A stretch of DNA of 64,000 nt from an uncultured Nitrospiraceae bacterium (GTDB lineage: Bacteria; Nitrospirota; Thermodesulfovibrionia; Thermodesulfovibrionales; SM23-35), in the NCBI GenBank assembly GCA_937138415.1, contig CAKZPA010000040.1, forward strand, positions 9-64,008. Direction: 5' to 3'. Below, piece after piece: positions 39,513-48,241 of this stretch. The notes under the pieces were generated by a model that was given only the letters and a program-made list of their open reading frames with translations, was not told the DNA's origin and searched no databases. Each line of letters opens with the position of its first letter. Positions within the stretch are counted from its first letter, which is position 1. The translations under genes and the position numbers were made by a program.

Positions 39513-40637
39513 TCAGCCTGTTCTGTTCGTATCGGCCGAAACACCGAGAGCATTGAACGTACCGCTTATTGCGCTGACTGGACATTGAACAGCACACAGT
39601 CCGCAGCCGATGCAGCGCGAGGGATCGACGGTATGCGTCCTGCCTCGTTCGCATGAGACGGCGTTGACAGGACATACCATACCACAGATTCCACATCCGG
39701 TGCAATGGTCAAGGACGGTCGCCGGGGGGCGGAGCGGCAGAAAGTCTTTGATCGCATTCGTGGGGCAGCGGCGGACGCAGAGCCCGCAGCGTGTGCACTT
39801 CCGCGGATCGATTCGGGAGAGATTCTCGCTGATAGACGCCGCATCGAAGGGACAGATCTTTACGCAGACGGTACAGGCAATGCAGCCAACGCGGCAATGC
39901 TTCCTCGTTTCACCGCCTTTGTCCCGCGAGTGGCAGGCGACGAGCACGAGCGCCGACGCAGGCACCACTTCGATGACTTTGACCGGGCACGCCGCTTCGC
40001 ACTTTCTGCATCCAGTGCACGCCTCGGCATCGACGAGGGGCAAATGATCGTCGGACATCCTGATCGCGCCGAAGGGGCATACGCGCGCGCAGGTTCCGTA
40101 GCCGAGGCATCCGTAGCGACATGCCTTGTCGCCGCCGGCAAGCATCACGGCTCTGCAGTCATGCACGCCCTCGTACATGCATTTCTTCTCGGATGCACTC
40201 AAGCCGCCTTGACACACGATGCGGGCGACGAGTTGTTCGCGCGCCTCGGCTTTTTTCCCCATCAGTGTGGCGATTAAGTCGGCAGCGCGGGAGCCGGCTG
40301 GTATGCAGAGGTTCGGCGGAACGTTCGGATCCCTCACGACGGCTTCGGCGTATTGCTCGCACCCGGCGAACCCGCATGCGCCACAGTGCGCGTGCGCGAG
40401 GACCGCTTTCACCTGTTCCACACGCGGATCGATCGTGACCGTGAACTTCTTTGCCGCCACGGCGAGCCCGAGCCCGAAGAGCGCCCCGATGCCCGCGAGG
40501 AAGAGGAGAGTCGCGACGAGTAAGGGGCCGAACGCAATGTGCTCCCGGGCTTCGATCCCACCGCCGACACCGACGTGCGGGGTGAGCGCCTGAAAGAGAT
40601 CGGGCAGCTGCAGGAGCTGGGTGAGATCTGTCAGCAT
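39513..40637 (-). CDS. rnfB: Rnf electron transport complex subunit B (polyferredoxin)
   Basis: TM helix, CGACGFAGC...C cluster, six further ferredoxin-type Cys motifs. Confidence 0.92.
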   Translation of the reverse strand: MLTDLTQLLQLPDLFQALTPHVGVGGGIEAREHIAFGPLLVATLLFLAGIGALFGLGLAVAAKKFTVTIDPRVEQVKAVLAHAHCGACGFAGCEQYAEAVVRDPNVPPNLCIPAGSRAADLIATLMGKKAEAREQLVARIVCQGGLSASEKKCMYEGVHDCRAVMLAGGDKACRYGCLGYGTCARVCPFGAIRMSDDHLPLVDAEACTGCRKCEAACPVKVIEVVPASALVLVACHSRDKGGETRKHCRVGCIACTVCVKICPFDAASISENLSRIDPRKCTRCGLCVRRCPTNAIKDFLPLRPPATVLDHCTGCGICGMVCPVNAVSCERGRTHTVDPSRCIGCGLCAVQCPVSAISGTFNALGVSADTNRTG

Positions 40638-40652
40638 AGGTGACCTCTCATG

Positions 40653-41240
40653 TCACATCCTGAGGAGTCCCGTGAACCCGGAGAAGGCGAGTGCGAGCAG
40701 GCCGGTGACGATAAACGCGATCGGGGTGCCCCGGAACGGTCCGGGGACGTCCGCAAGTTCGAGTTTCTCGCGAATGCTCGCCATGATGACGAGCGCGAGC
40801 GCGAACCCGAGTCCGGAACCGAGGGCGAAGGCGAGGCTCTCGGGAAGACTGTACCGTTCCCCTGCGTTGATGAGGGGAACGGCGAGAATGATGCAGTTGG
40901 TGGATATGAGGGCAAGGTAAATCCCCAGCTTGTGGTAGAGGCTCGGAGCGACTTTTCTCATTATCGTATCGGAGGCCTGGACGAATCCTGCGACGATCCC
41001 GATGAAGACAATGATCTTGAGAAAGGTGATGTCGAGCGGTACCATGACGTAACGGAACACGAGCCAGCTCAGCGCGGCACTGATCATCATAACCGCGGTG
41101 AACGTGATGCTCATGCCGACAGCCGTCTCCATCCGCTTCGAAACCCCGAAGAAAATACAGAGGCCGAGGAAGCGGGTGAAGACGAAGTTGTTGATCAGAG
41201 AGGCCGAGACGATGAGTTCGAAAAGTTTCGAAAATTCCAT
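40653..41240 (-). CDS. rnfA: Rnf complex subunit A
   Basis: NNFVFTRFLGLC, LGIYLALISTNC, IREKL...VP.PFRG.PIAF. Confidence 0.95.
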   Translation of the reverse strand: MEFSKLFELIVSASLINNFVFTRFLGLCIFFGVSKRMETAVGMSITFTAVMMISAALSWLVFRYVMVPLDITFLKIIVFIGIVAGFVQASDTIMRKVAPSLYHKLGIYLALISTNCIILAVPLINAGERYSLPESLAFALGSGLGFALALVIMASIREKLELADVPGPFRGTPIAFIVTGLLALAFSGFTGLLRM

Positions 41241-41244
41241 TATC

Positions 41245-41865
41245 CTATCGACTCCGTGCCTTTTTCCTCATCCTCGCGCCCAAGCAATTGAAGAATCCCA
41301 TCAGTATGCCTACCGCGAAAAACCCCCCCGCAGGCAGGATCATGATGAGGAGTGGTTTTGCGTGGAGGACCGGAACACCCCATACGGACCCCTTGCCGAG
41401 GAATTCCCTGAAAAGGCTGATGACCGTGAGCGAGAAGAGAAATCCGAGACCCATGCCGATTCCGTCGAAGAGGGAAGGCATGACCGGCTGTTTACTCGCG
41501 AACATCTCGGCCCGCGCGAGGATCGACGCGAACGCGACGATGAGCTGAATGTAGAGGCCCATCTGCTTGTACGCGTCCTGCGCATAGGCAGCCATCACGA
41601 GATCGGTGACGGTCACCCACCCTGAAATGACGAGCATGAAAATGGGCAGACGGATCCTCGGGTGGATGATTCCTCTCATGAGAGAAATGGTCACGTTGAC
41701 CATTACCTGGACAAAGAGGACGGCGGTTCCCATCAGAACGCCGTTCCGGACGTTATTCGTCACCGCAATCGAAGGGCAGAGGCTGAGGGCGAGCTTGAAG
41801 ATCGCGTTGTCCTTGAAAATACCGTCTTTGATCAGCCCGAGAGAGGAATTCATGCGTTCAGCCAT
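41245..41865 (-). CDS. rnfE: Rnf complex subunit E
   Basis: LSLCPSIAVT, IRLP, RAEMFASK, FREFLG, ILPAGGF. Confidence 0.93.
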   Translation of the reverse strand: MAERMNSSLGLIKDGIFKDNAIFKLALSLCPSIAVTNNVRNGVLMGTAVLFVQVMVNVTISLMRGIIHPRIRLPIFMLVISGWVTVTDLVMAAYAQDAYKQMGLYIQLIVAFASILARAEMFASKQPVMPSLFDGIGMGLGFLFSLTVISLFREFLGKGSVWGVPVLHAKPLLIMILPAGGFFAVGILMGFFNCLGARMRKKARSR

Positions 41866-41987
41866 GGTAATGGAGACCCGGATTTACGTGCAGCGTCGAC
41901 GCGTCGGAGCCCGGAAGGCGCCGAGAGAGCCGGCGGCTGCCGGCGCGCCGTGAATGAGAAGGCAACAGCGCGGCCCCGTCAATGCCC

Positions 41988-42623
41988 TTATTGCATTTCA
42001 CCATCGAGGACACGTTGTCCTTTCTCATCGTCCCCCTTGCGGACGGACGTTTGCGTCTCATCCTGCGCCTTTATCGCTTGGATCAGAAACTCCACGCCGG
42101 ACCTGACCGCGTCCTCCGCGACGGCGCGTGACGAAATCGTCGCCCCCGAAATAGCCTGAATCTCTTCGGTCGTCTCCGTCGTGACGACGTTCAGAGACCG
42201 CGCCCCTTTCCCGACAAACTGTCTTCGAAACGCTTCGGTCTCGATCTCGTCCCCGAGCCCGGGTGTCTCTGCGTGCCCGAGGATGTCGATCTCGCGGACC
42301 GTGAAGTCAGGGTTCACCGCGATCAGCGTGTCAATGTAGCTGGAATAGCCTTTCCCGAACGACCGGATAATGTATCCGATGACCCGGTCTCCCTGGTACG
42401 CGACGTAGTACTCTGCCCGTTTCTCGTGCACGGACCAGTCACCAAGGGCGCGAATGTGGTCCGCTTCCGGTATGAGCTTCCGCACAGCTCTCTCTTTTTC
42501 CGCCTGCGCATTGTGGTACATGATCGGCGACGTCTTGGCATAGACCACCGCGAGGATGAGTCCTCCCGCGACGTAAATCGCAACGAGGGTGAGAGCAATC
42601 TTGAATACCTCTTTCGCGGTCAC
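41988..42623 (-). CDS. rnfG: Rnf complex subunit G
   Basis: N-terminal TM, HAETPGLG, FMN attachment ISGATISS; GTG start overlaps the rnfD stop. Confidence 0.93.
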   Translation of the reverse strand: MTAKEVFKIALTLVAIYVAGGLILAVVYAKTSPIMYHNAQAEKERAVRKLIPEADHIRALGDWSVHEKRAEYYVAYQGDRVIGYIIRSFGKGYSSYIDTLIAVNPDFTVREIDILGHAETPGLGDEIETEAFRRQFVGKGARSLNVVTTETTEEIQAISGATISSRAVAEDAVRSGVEFLIQAIKAQDETQTSVRKGDDEKGQRVLDGEMQ

Positions 42624-43624
42624 GGGACCCCGCCGCTCTTCTGTTTCTTGGCGCCGAACGTCCTCGGGTGGAACTTTCTGTCGATGAGGGGTGCAAAGGC
42701 ATTCATAATCAGAATTGCGAACATTACGCCTTCGGGATACCCCCCTTTGAGACGAATGAGCATCGTGAGAAAACCGCATCCGCAACCGAAGACGATCTGT
42801 CCGCTCTTGAGCGATGGGCTCGTCACATAGTCCGTCGCCATGAACCAGGCGCCGATGAGCATGCCGCCGCTGAGGAGATGGAGGAGCGGATCTCCCGAAA
42901 ACAGAGCGCCTTTCCCGCCGAAAACCCACGCCATGAAGGCAGCAGTGCCGAGGAACGACAGAGGGATGTGCCAGGTGATGTACCTCCGGCAGAGAAGGAA
43001 GGCGGCACCGATGAGGAGGGCGATCCCCGACGTTTCACCGATCGAACCTCCACGATGACCTATGAGGAGTTCGGAGTAGAGGGTGAGCCGGTCCCCGAAT
43101 ACCTCGACGAGTTTCTCGTACCCCTGTTCTTTCAGGATGCCGAGCGGCGTCGCTGTCGTCCGCGCGTCGAAGAGGAGAAACGCGGAAGCCGGTTCCCTCC
43201 ACGAGGTCATGAGTTTCGGAAACGAAACGAGGAGAAAAGCTCTCCCGATGAGGGCGGGATTGAAGATGTTGAAGCCCAGTCCGCCGAACAGCTGTTTCGT
43301 GACAATGATCGCGACGAATGAGCCGATGACCGGCACGTAGAAAGGAACAACCGGGGGAAGAGTGAGCCCGAGGAGGAGTCCGGTGAGGAATGCGCTGCCG
43401 TCGCCCACGGTCGAGCGTCTCTTCAGGGCCTTCTGATAGAGATGCTCGCATAAGACCGCGGACAGAATGGAGAGGGCGACGGTGATCACCGCACGGGGTC
43501 CGAAGAAGTACGCTCCCATGAGGGTCGCCGGAAAGAGCGACGCGGAGACCGACCACATGATCCTCGCCGTCGTCACGTCGCTTCTTATGTGGGGACTGAC
43601 CGATACGATGAGGGGATCGTTCAC
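42620..43624 (-). CDS. rnfD: Rnf complex subunit D
   Basis: SPHIR, KQLFGGLGFNIFNPA, TTATPL FMN site, GSIGETS, FMATDYVTSP. Confidence 0.95.
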   Translation of the reverse strand: MNDPLIVSVSPHIRSDVTTARIMWSVSASLFPATLMGAYFFGPRAVITVALSILSAVLCEHLYQKALKRRSTVGDGSAFLTGLLLGLTLPPVVPFYVPVIGSFVAIIVTKQLFGGLGFNIFNPALIGRAFLLVSFPKLMTSWREPASAFLLFDARTTATPLGILKEQGYEKLVEVFGDRLTLYSELLIGHRGGSIGETSGIALLIGAAFLLCRRYITWHIPLSFLGTAAFMAWVFGGKGALFSGDPLLHLLSGGMLIGAWFMATDYVTSPSLKSGQIVFGCGCGFLTMLIRLKGGYPEGVMFAILIMNAFAPLIDRKFHPRTFGAKKQKSGGVP

Positions 43625-44928
43625 GGTTTCACCTGCGATTTTGCGAGCCTGATGAGCTGGACGATGGGCCGCTTCGAGGGGCAGGCGAACGTGCAGCATC
43701 CGCACTCGAAACAGTCGAACAGTCCGTAATCCTTTGCCCCCTCGTAGAAGCCTTTTTCCGCGTAGATGCTCAGCATCGATGGCATCAATCCCATGGGGCA
43801 GCGATCGATGCAGCGGCCGCACCGTATGCACGGTTCAAAAGACTCCGCGTGGGCGATGGATCCGGCGGTCATCGCCACGATGCCGGATGTCCCCTTCGTC
43901 ACGGGCACGTCGAGCGAAGGGAGGGCGAATCCCATCATGGGGCCGCCGGCGATCACCTTCGCGGTATCTTCTCTCAGTCCGCCGCAGTCTGCGATCAACT
44001 GAGAAATGAGCGTTCCCACCTTTGCCAGAAGATTCTTCGGTTCACGGACACCCTCTCCGGTGACCGTCACGACCCGCTCGATGAGCGGCTTTCCGAAACG
44101 CACGGCTTCGAAGATGGCGCAGGCGGTGCCGACGTTGTGCACGACGACCCTGACATCCATGGGGAGGGCGCGTGGCGGCACCTCCCGGCCCGTGATCGTT
44201 TTGATGAGCATTTTTTCGGCACCCTGAGGATATTTCGTGGGAAGAGTGCACACTCTTATCGACGGGAGTCCTTCGACGGCCTTCGCTATGGCATGGATTG
44301 CCCGCGGTTTGTTGTCCTCTATTCCCACGAATCCGCGTTCGACTCCCAGGACCTTCATGATGATCCGGAGACCGGAAATAACGTCGACCGCTCGTTCCAG
44401 CATAAGCCGGTAATCGGCGGTCAGGTACGGCTCGCACTCCGCGCCGTTGATGATGACCGTGTCGATCGGTTTTTCCTTCGGCGGGGAAAGTTTCACTATG
44501 GACGGGAAGGCGGCACCGCCGAGTCCGACGATGCCCGCGGCTCTGATTTTCTCTCGCATTTCATCGGGAGAAAGGCTCATGTAATCAGGATTGTCGCTCA
44601 GGATGGCCCACTCTTCTTTGAAATCGTTCTCGACGGTGACCGATGGGACGAGTTTCCCCGTCGCAGTCGGAAACTCTCCTATGGCGACCACCGTGCCGGA
44701 GACCGAAGAATGGACCGGCGCCGAGACGAACCCCGTCGGCGCGCCGATCACGTCGCCTTTCTTCACGGACTCTCTCACCTTGACGACCGGTTTGCACGGC
44801 GCCCCGATGTGCTGGATGAGCGGAATGACGAGGCGGGCCGGGGGCGACGCTCCGGTGATCGGTTTGTGCGCGGAGAGTTCTTTCTTCTCCGGAGGGTGTA
44901 TGCCGCCTTTAAACGACGTGACCGTCAT
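43621..44928 (-). CDS. rnfC: Rnf complex subunit C
   Basis: FKGGIHP, GIVGLGGAAFP, NGAECEPYLT, YPQGAEK, GGPMMG, two 4Fe-4S motifs. Confidence 0.96.
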   Translation of the reverse strand: MTVTSFKGGIHPPEKKELSAHKPITGASPPARLVIPLIQHIGAPCKPVVKVRESVKKGDVIGAPTGFVSAPVHSSVSGTVVAIGEFPTATGKLVPSVTVENDFKEEWAILSDNPDYMSLSPDEMREKIRAAGIVGLGGAAFPSIVKLSPPKEKPIDTVIINGAECEPYLTADYRLMLERAVDVISGLRIIMKVLGVERGFVGIEDNKPRAIHAIAKAVEGLPSIRVCTLPTKYPQGAEKMLIKTITGREVPPRALPMDVRVVVHNVGTACAIFEAVRFGKPLIERVVTVTGEGVREPKNLLAKVGTLISQLIADCGGLREDTAKVIAGGPMMGFALPSLDVPVTKGTSGIVAMTAGSIAHAESFEPCIRCGRCIDRCPMGLMPSMLSIYAEKGFYEGAKDYGLFDCFECGCCTFACPSKRPIVQLIRLAKSQVKP

Positions 44929-44964
44929 GTGGCCGGTTCATCCTCTTTGAGCGGAGCGGGATCA

Positions 44965-46029
44965 TCAACCCCACCGTGCGTCCCGGAGTGCTTTCAGCAC
45001 GAGATCGCGCAAAGCCGCGATGAAGAGGGGGTGCGTGTTGAGCGATTCCGTCCTTTTCATGTTGATGCCGAGTTTACCTGCAAAGTTCATGTAGAGAATG
45101 TCTATCTCGTAGAGCGTTTCGACGTGATCGGAGACGAAACTGATGGGGACGATGAGGACCTTTCGGATGCCGTCGCGGGCCAGATCCTCGAGTTTCTCCT
45201 CGGTCGACGGCTCGAGCCACGCGACCGGCCCGCTCTTCGATTGGTAGCTGAGGTGCCACGTGATGGGGATATTCTTCTCGACTTCCTTGATCGTCCCTAT
45301 CGTGTGTTCGACGTACGGGTCGCCTTCCTCGACGACCTTTTTAGGGAGGCTGTGGGCGCTGAAGAGGATGTGGACATCCCCGGAAACGAGTGCGTCAGAC
45401 GATGCGGCGGAACGATTGTCCGCGGCAAGGCCGTCGCGGAAAGAACGAAACGCTTTTTCTATGACGTCGACGAGCGCCGCAATGTAGAGGGGGTGGGTAT
45501 GCCATGATGGAATCATGGTCGTCTCTATCCCGTACCGGCGCGCGCTTTCTTCGAGGTTCGCTATCGACGAGCCTGAGGTCGTGACCGAGTACTGCGGGTA
45601 CAGGCTCAGTCCGATGATCTTCCGAATGCCTTGCTTCGCGATCCGGTCCACGACGTCCTCGATGAACGGGTGCCAGTATCGCATGCCGACGTATACCTTG
45701 AAGAGAGGGGAGCGACTGGGCTGACGTGCGCACCCTCCGCGGGTAATGGTATCGAGCCATTCACGCGGCGCTTCGTTGAGTGCTGTTTCGAGGGCCTGGG
45801 CCTGTGCGGCCGTGATCTCCAGTATGGGCGATTTGCCCCCGATCTGACGATAAATCTCTTTCGTTTTCGCCGAGCGGAGGGTCGCGATGAGACGCGCCAA
45901 CGGCTTTTGGAGAAAAGGGGGTCCGAGGCGAATGATCTTTCTGTCCGAAAAGAGATTGTAGAGAAAAGGGCGAATAGCCTGCAGGGAATCCGGGCCGCCC
46001 AGATTGAGGAGAACGACCGCGATCGCCAT
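44965..46029 (-). CDS. hemH: Ferrochelatase
   Basis: LLNLGGP, IGGKSP, GMRYWHP, LYPQYS, FSAHSLP, SFVSDHVETLYEID. Confidence 0.95.
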   Translation of the reverse strand: MAIAVVLLNLGGPDSLQAIRPFLYNLFSDRKIIRLGPPFLQKPLARLIATLRSAKTKEIYRQIGGKSPILEITAAQAQALETALNEAPREWLDTITRGGCARQPSRSPLFKVYVGMRYWHPFIEDVVDRIAKQGIRKIIGLSLYPQYSVTTSGSSIANLEESARRYGIETTMIPSWHTHPLYIAALVDVIEKAFRSFRDGLAADNRSAASSDALVSGDVHILFSAHSLPKKVVEEGDPYVEHTIGTIKEVEKNIPITWHLSYQSKSGPVAWLEPSTEEKLEDLARDGIRKVLIVPISFVSDHVETLYEIDILYMNFAGKLGINMKRTESLNTHPLFIAALRDLVLKALRDARWG

Positions 46030-46040
46030 CGAAGAAGCGA

Positions 46041-47072
46041 TTACCCTCTTTTCCCGAATGTGTGGACGGTATCGACGAGGGCGATGACCTGCTCCACAGG
46101 CGTCTGGGGAAGGACCCCGTGCCCGAGGTTGAAGATATGGCTTTTTGCGGCTTCGCCCTTCCAGAGGATCTCCTTGACTTTCTCCTCCAGTTTCTCCCTC
46201 GGGAGGAACAGGGCGCACGGATCGAGGTTTCCCTGAATCGTCACTTTTTTCCCGAGCTTCTTGATCGCGTCCGCAATGTCGATTCTCCAGTCGACACTGA
46301 CGACGTCCGCACCTGCGTTCTTCACTTCTTTCAGGATCCCGGCACAGTCGTTCACGAAATAGATGACGGGCACTTTTTCCTTCTTTACCTCGTGGATTAC
46401 TCTCCGGACCGAGGGGAGGGCGAATTTTTTGTAGTCAGCCGGCGCAAGGATGCCGGCCCAGGAATCGAAGATTTGCACAGCCTGCGCACCCGCGCGAATC
46501 TGGCCGATGAGGTACGGAACCAGCATGTCCGTCACCTTTTCCATCAGATAGTGGAAGACGGCGGTATTCTGGAACATCATCCTCTTCGTATTCACGAACG
46601 TTCTCGACGTCCCGCCTTCTATCATGTACGTCGCGAGGGTGAACGGCGCACCCGCGAAACCGATGAGGGGAACTCTCTGCTGCAGTTCTTTCCGGAGAAT
46701 CCGGATCGTCTCGAAGACGAAAGGGAGGTCATCTTCGACGTCGGGGATGACGAGCTTCTCCACGGCTCCCCTGTTCCGAATCGGTTCACTCAGAACGGGA
46801 CCGTCTTTTTCGGAGAATTCGAGACGCATCCCCATGGCTTCGACCGGGATGAGGATGTCCGAAAAAAGAATCGCCGCATCGACGCCGAGGATATCGACGG
46901 GCTGCAATGTCACCTCCGCCGCGAGTTTGGGATTCTTGCAGAGGGTGAGAAAATCGACGTGGGAACGCACGGACTGATATTCAGGCAGATACCTGCCGGC
47001 CTGACGCATGAGCCACACCGGCGTATAGTCCACCGCTTCACCGCGGCACGCTCTAAGAAACGTATCGTTCAT
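46041..47072 (-). CDS. hemE: Uroporphyrinogen decarboxylase
   Basis: PVWLMRQAGRYLPEY, AAILFSDIL, QIFDSW, IFNLGHG. Confidence 0.98.
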   Translation of the reverse strand: MNDTFLRACRGEAVDYTPVWLMRQAGRYLPEYQSVRSHVDFLTLCKNPKLAAEVTLQPVDILGVDAAILFSDILIPVEAMGMRLEFSEKDGPVLSEPIRNRGAVEKLVIPDVEDDLPFVFETIRILRKELQQRVPLIGFAGAPFTLATYMIEGGTSRTFVNTKRMMFQNTAVFHYLMEKVTDMLVPYLIGQIRAGAQAVQIFDSWAGILAPADYKKFALPSVRRVIHEVKKEKVPVIYFVNDCAGILKEVKNAGADVVSVDWRIDIADAIKKLGKKVTIQGNLDPCALFLPREKLEEKVKEILWKGEAAKSHIFNLGHGVLPQTPVEQVIALVDTVHTFGKRG

Positions 47073-47146
47073 GGAACCCCCAATAGGAACTGCATGTATG
47101 TGACAGTATACAGCAAACGGGCCGAATTTTTTGCGCCCTCGGTTTA

Positions 47147-48241
47147 CTATTTCTGCGCGGCTGATCTAGGGCCATCGCGTCCCTTTCTTCTCGGGATATA
47201 ACTGCAGAAGGGTTCTTCGGCAAGGTAGTCGCCGTGCACAGCGTAGGCCCTTGCCCGACACCCCCCGCAGAGGGATACAAATTCGCACGAACCGCATTTG
47301 CCCTTGTACTGTTTGAAGTCCCGGAGTTCCCTGAAAAGCGTCGAATGTTCCCAGATGTCCTTGAAGGATTGGGTGCGAATGTTGCCCGCAGGCATCGGGA
47401 AGTAGCTGCAGGGGAGCACGTTGCCGTCGACGTCGATGAGCGCGATCACCTGTCCGGCGATGCACCCCTTCGACCCGCCGGTCGAGAATTTGAGCGTTCT
47501 CCTCTCGAAATGCGCACCCTCTTCTTTCGACTTCTGGAGCACGATGCGGTAGTAGTGGGGCGCACACGTGGGCCTGACGAGGATATCCTTCTCGTTCTTC
47601 TCCATGTGGTAATGCCAGTCGAGAATTTCTTCGTAATCCTCCTTCGAGATCAGTTCGTTCATGATCTCTTCGCCCCTGCCGGTCGGCACGATCATGAACA
47701 TATACCATGCGGTCGCGCCGAGTTCCTTTGCGAGCGCGTATACCTTCGGAATCTCCTCCTGGTTTCTCTTCGTGAAGGAGGAGTTGATGATGAATTCGAT
47801 GCCGTGCGTTCGGAACAATCGGGCGGCGCGGATCGATCCATCGAATGCGCCGGCCTGCCCCCTAAAATTATCGTGCACCTTCTCTTCCGAACCGTCGAGG
47901 CTGAGAGACACGATCCTGATTCCCGACTCCTTGATCTTTGTGCAGGTCTTATCGTCGACGAGCGTGCCGTTTGTTGCAAGGCACATCCTCAGTCCCTTGT
48001 CCGTTCCGTACCGCGCGATCCGGAAAACGTCCTCCCGCAGGAGAGGCTCTCCGCCGGAGAGGACCATGACGGGATGCGCGTAGCTCGTGATATCGTCGAT
48101 GATCCGAAACGCTTCATCTGTGGAGAAGTCGGGATGCGCCTTCACTTCCACGTCGGACGACGAGCGACAGTGAACGCACCGGAGGTTGCACCTCCTCGTG
48201 ATTTCCCACGCGATCCATTTGGGGACGAATTCCGTAATCAC
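47147..48241 (-). CDS. Radical SAM/SPASM protein, AhbD/NirJ-like (putative coproheme decarboxylase)
   Basis: [39 protein letters not shown] cysteines; adjacent to hemE-hemH. Confidence 0.78.
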   Translation of the reverse strand: MITEFVPKWIAWEITRRCNLRCVHCRSSSDVEVKAHPDFSTDEAFRIIDDITSYAHPVMVLSGGEPLLREDVFRIARYGTDKGLRMCLATNGTLVDDKTCTKIKESGIRIVSLSLDGSEEKVHDNFRGQAGAFDGSIRAARLFRTHGIEFIINSSFTKRNQEEIPKVYALAKELGATAWYMFMIVPTGRGEEIMNELISKEDYEEILDWHYHMEKNEKDILVRPTCAPHYYRIVLQKSKEEGAHFERRTLKFSTGGSKGCIAGQVIALIDVDGNVLPCSYFPMPAGNIRTQSFKDIWEHSTLFRELRDFKQYKGKCGSCEFVSLCGGCRARAYAVHGDYLAEEPFCSYIPRRKGRDGPRSAAQK

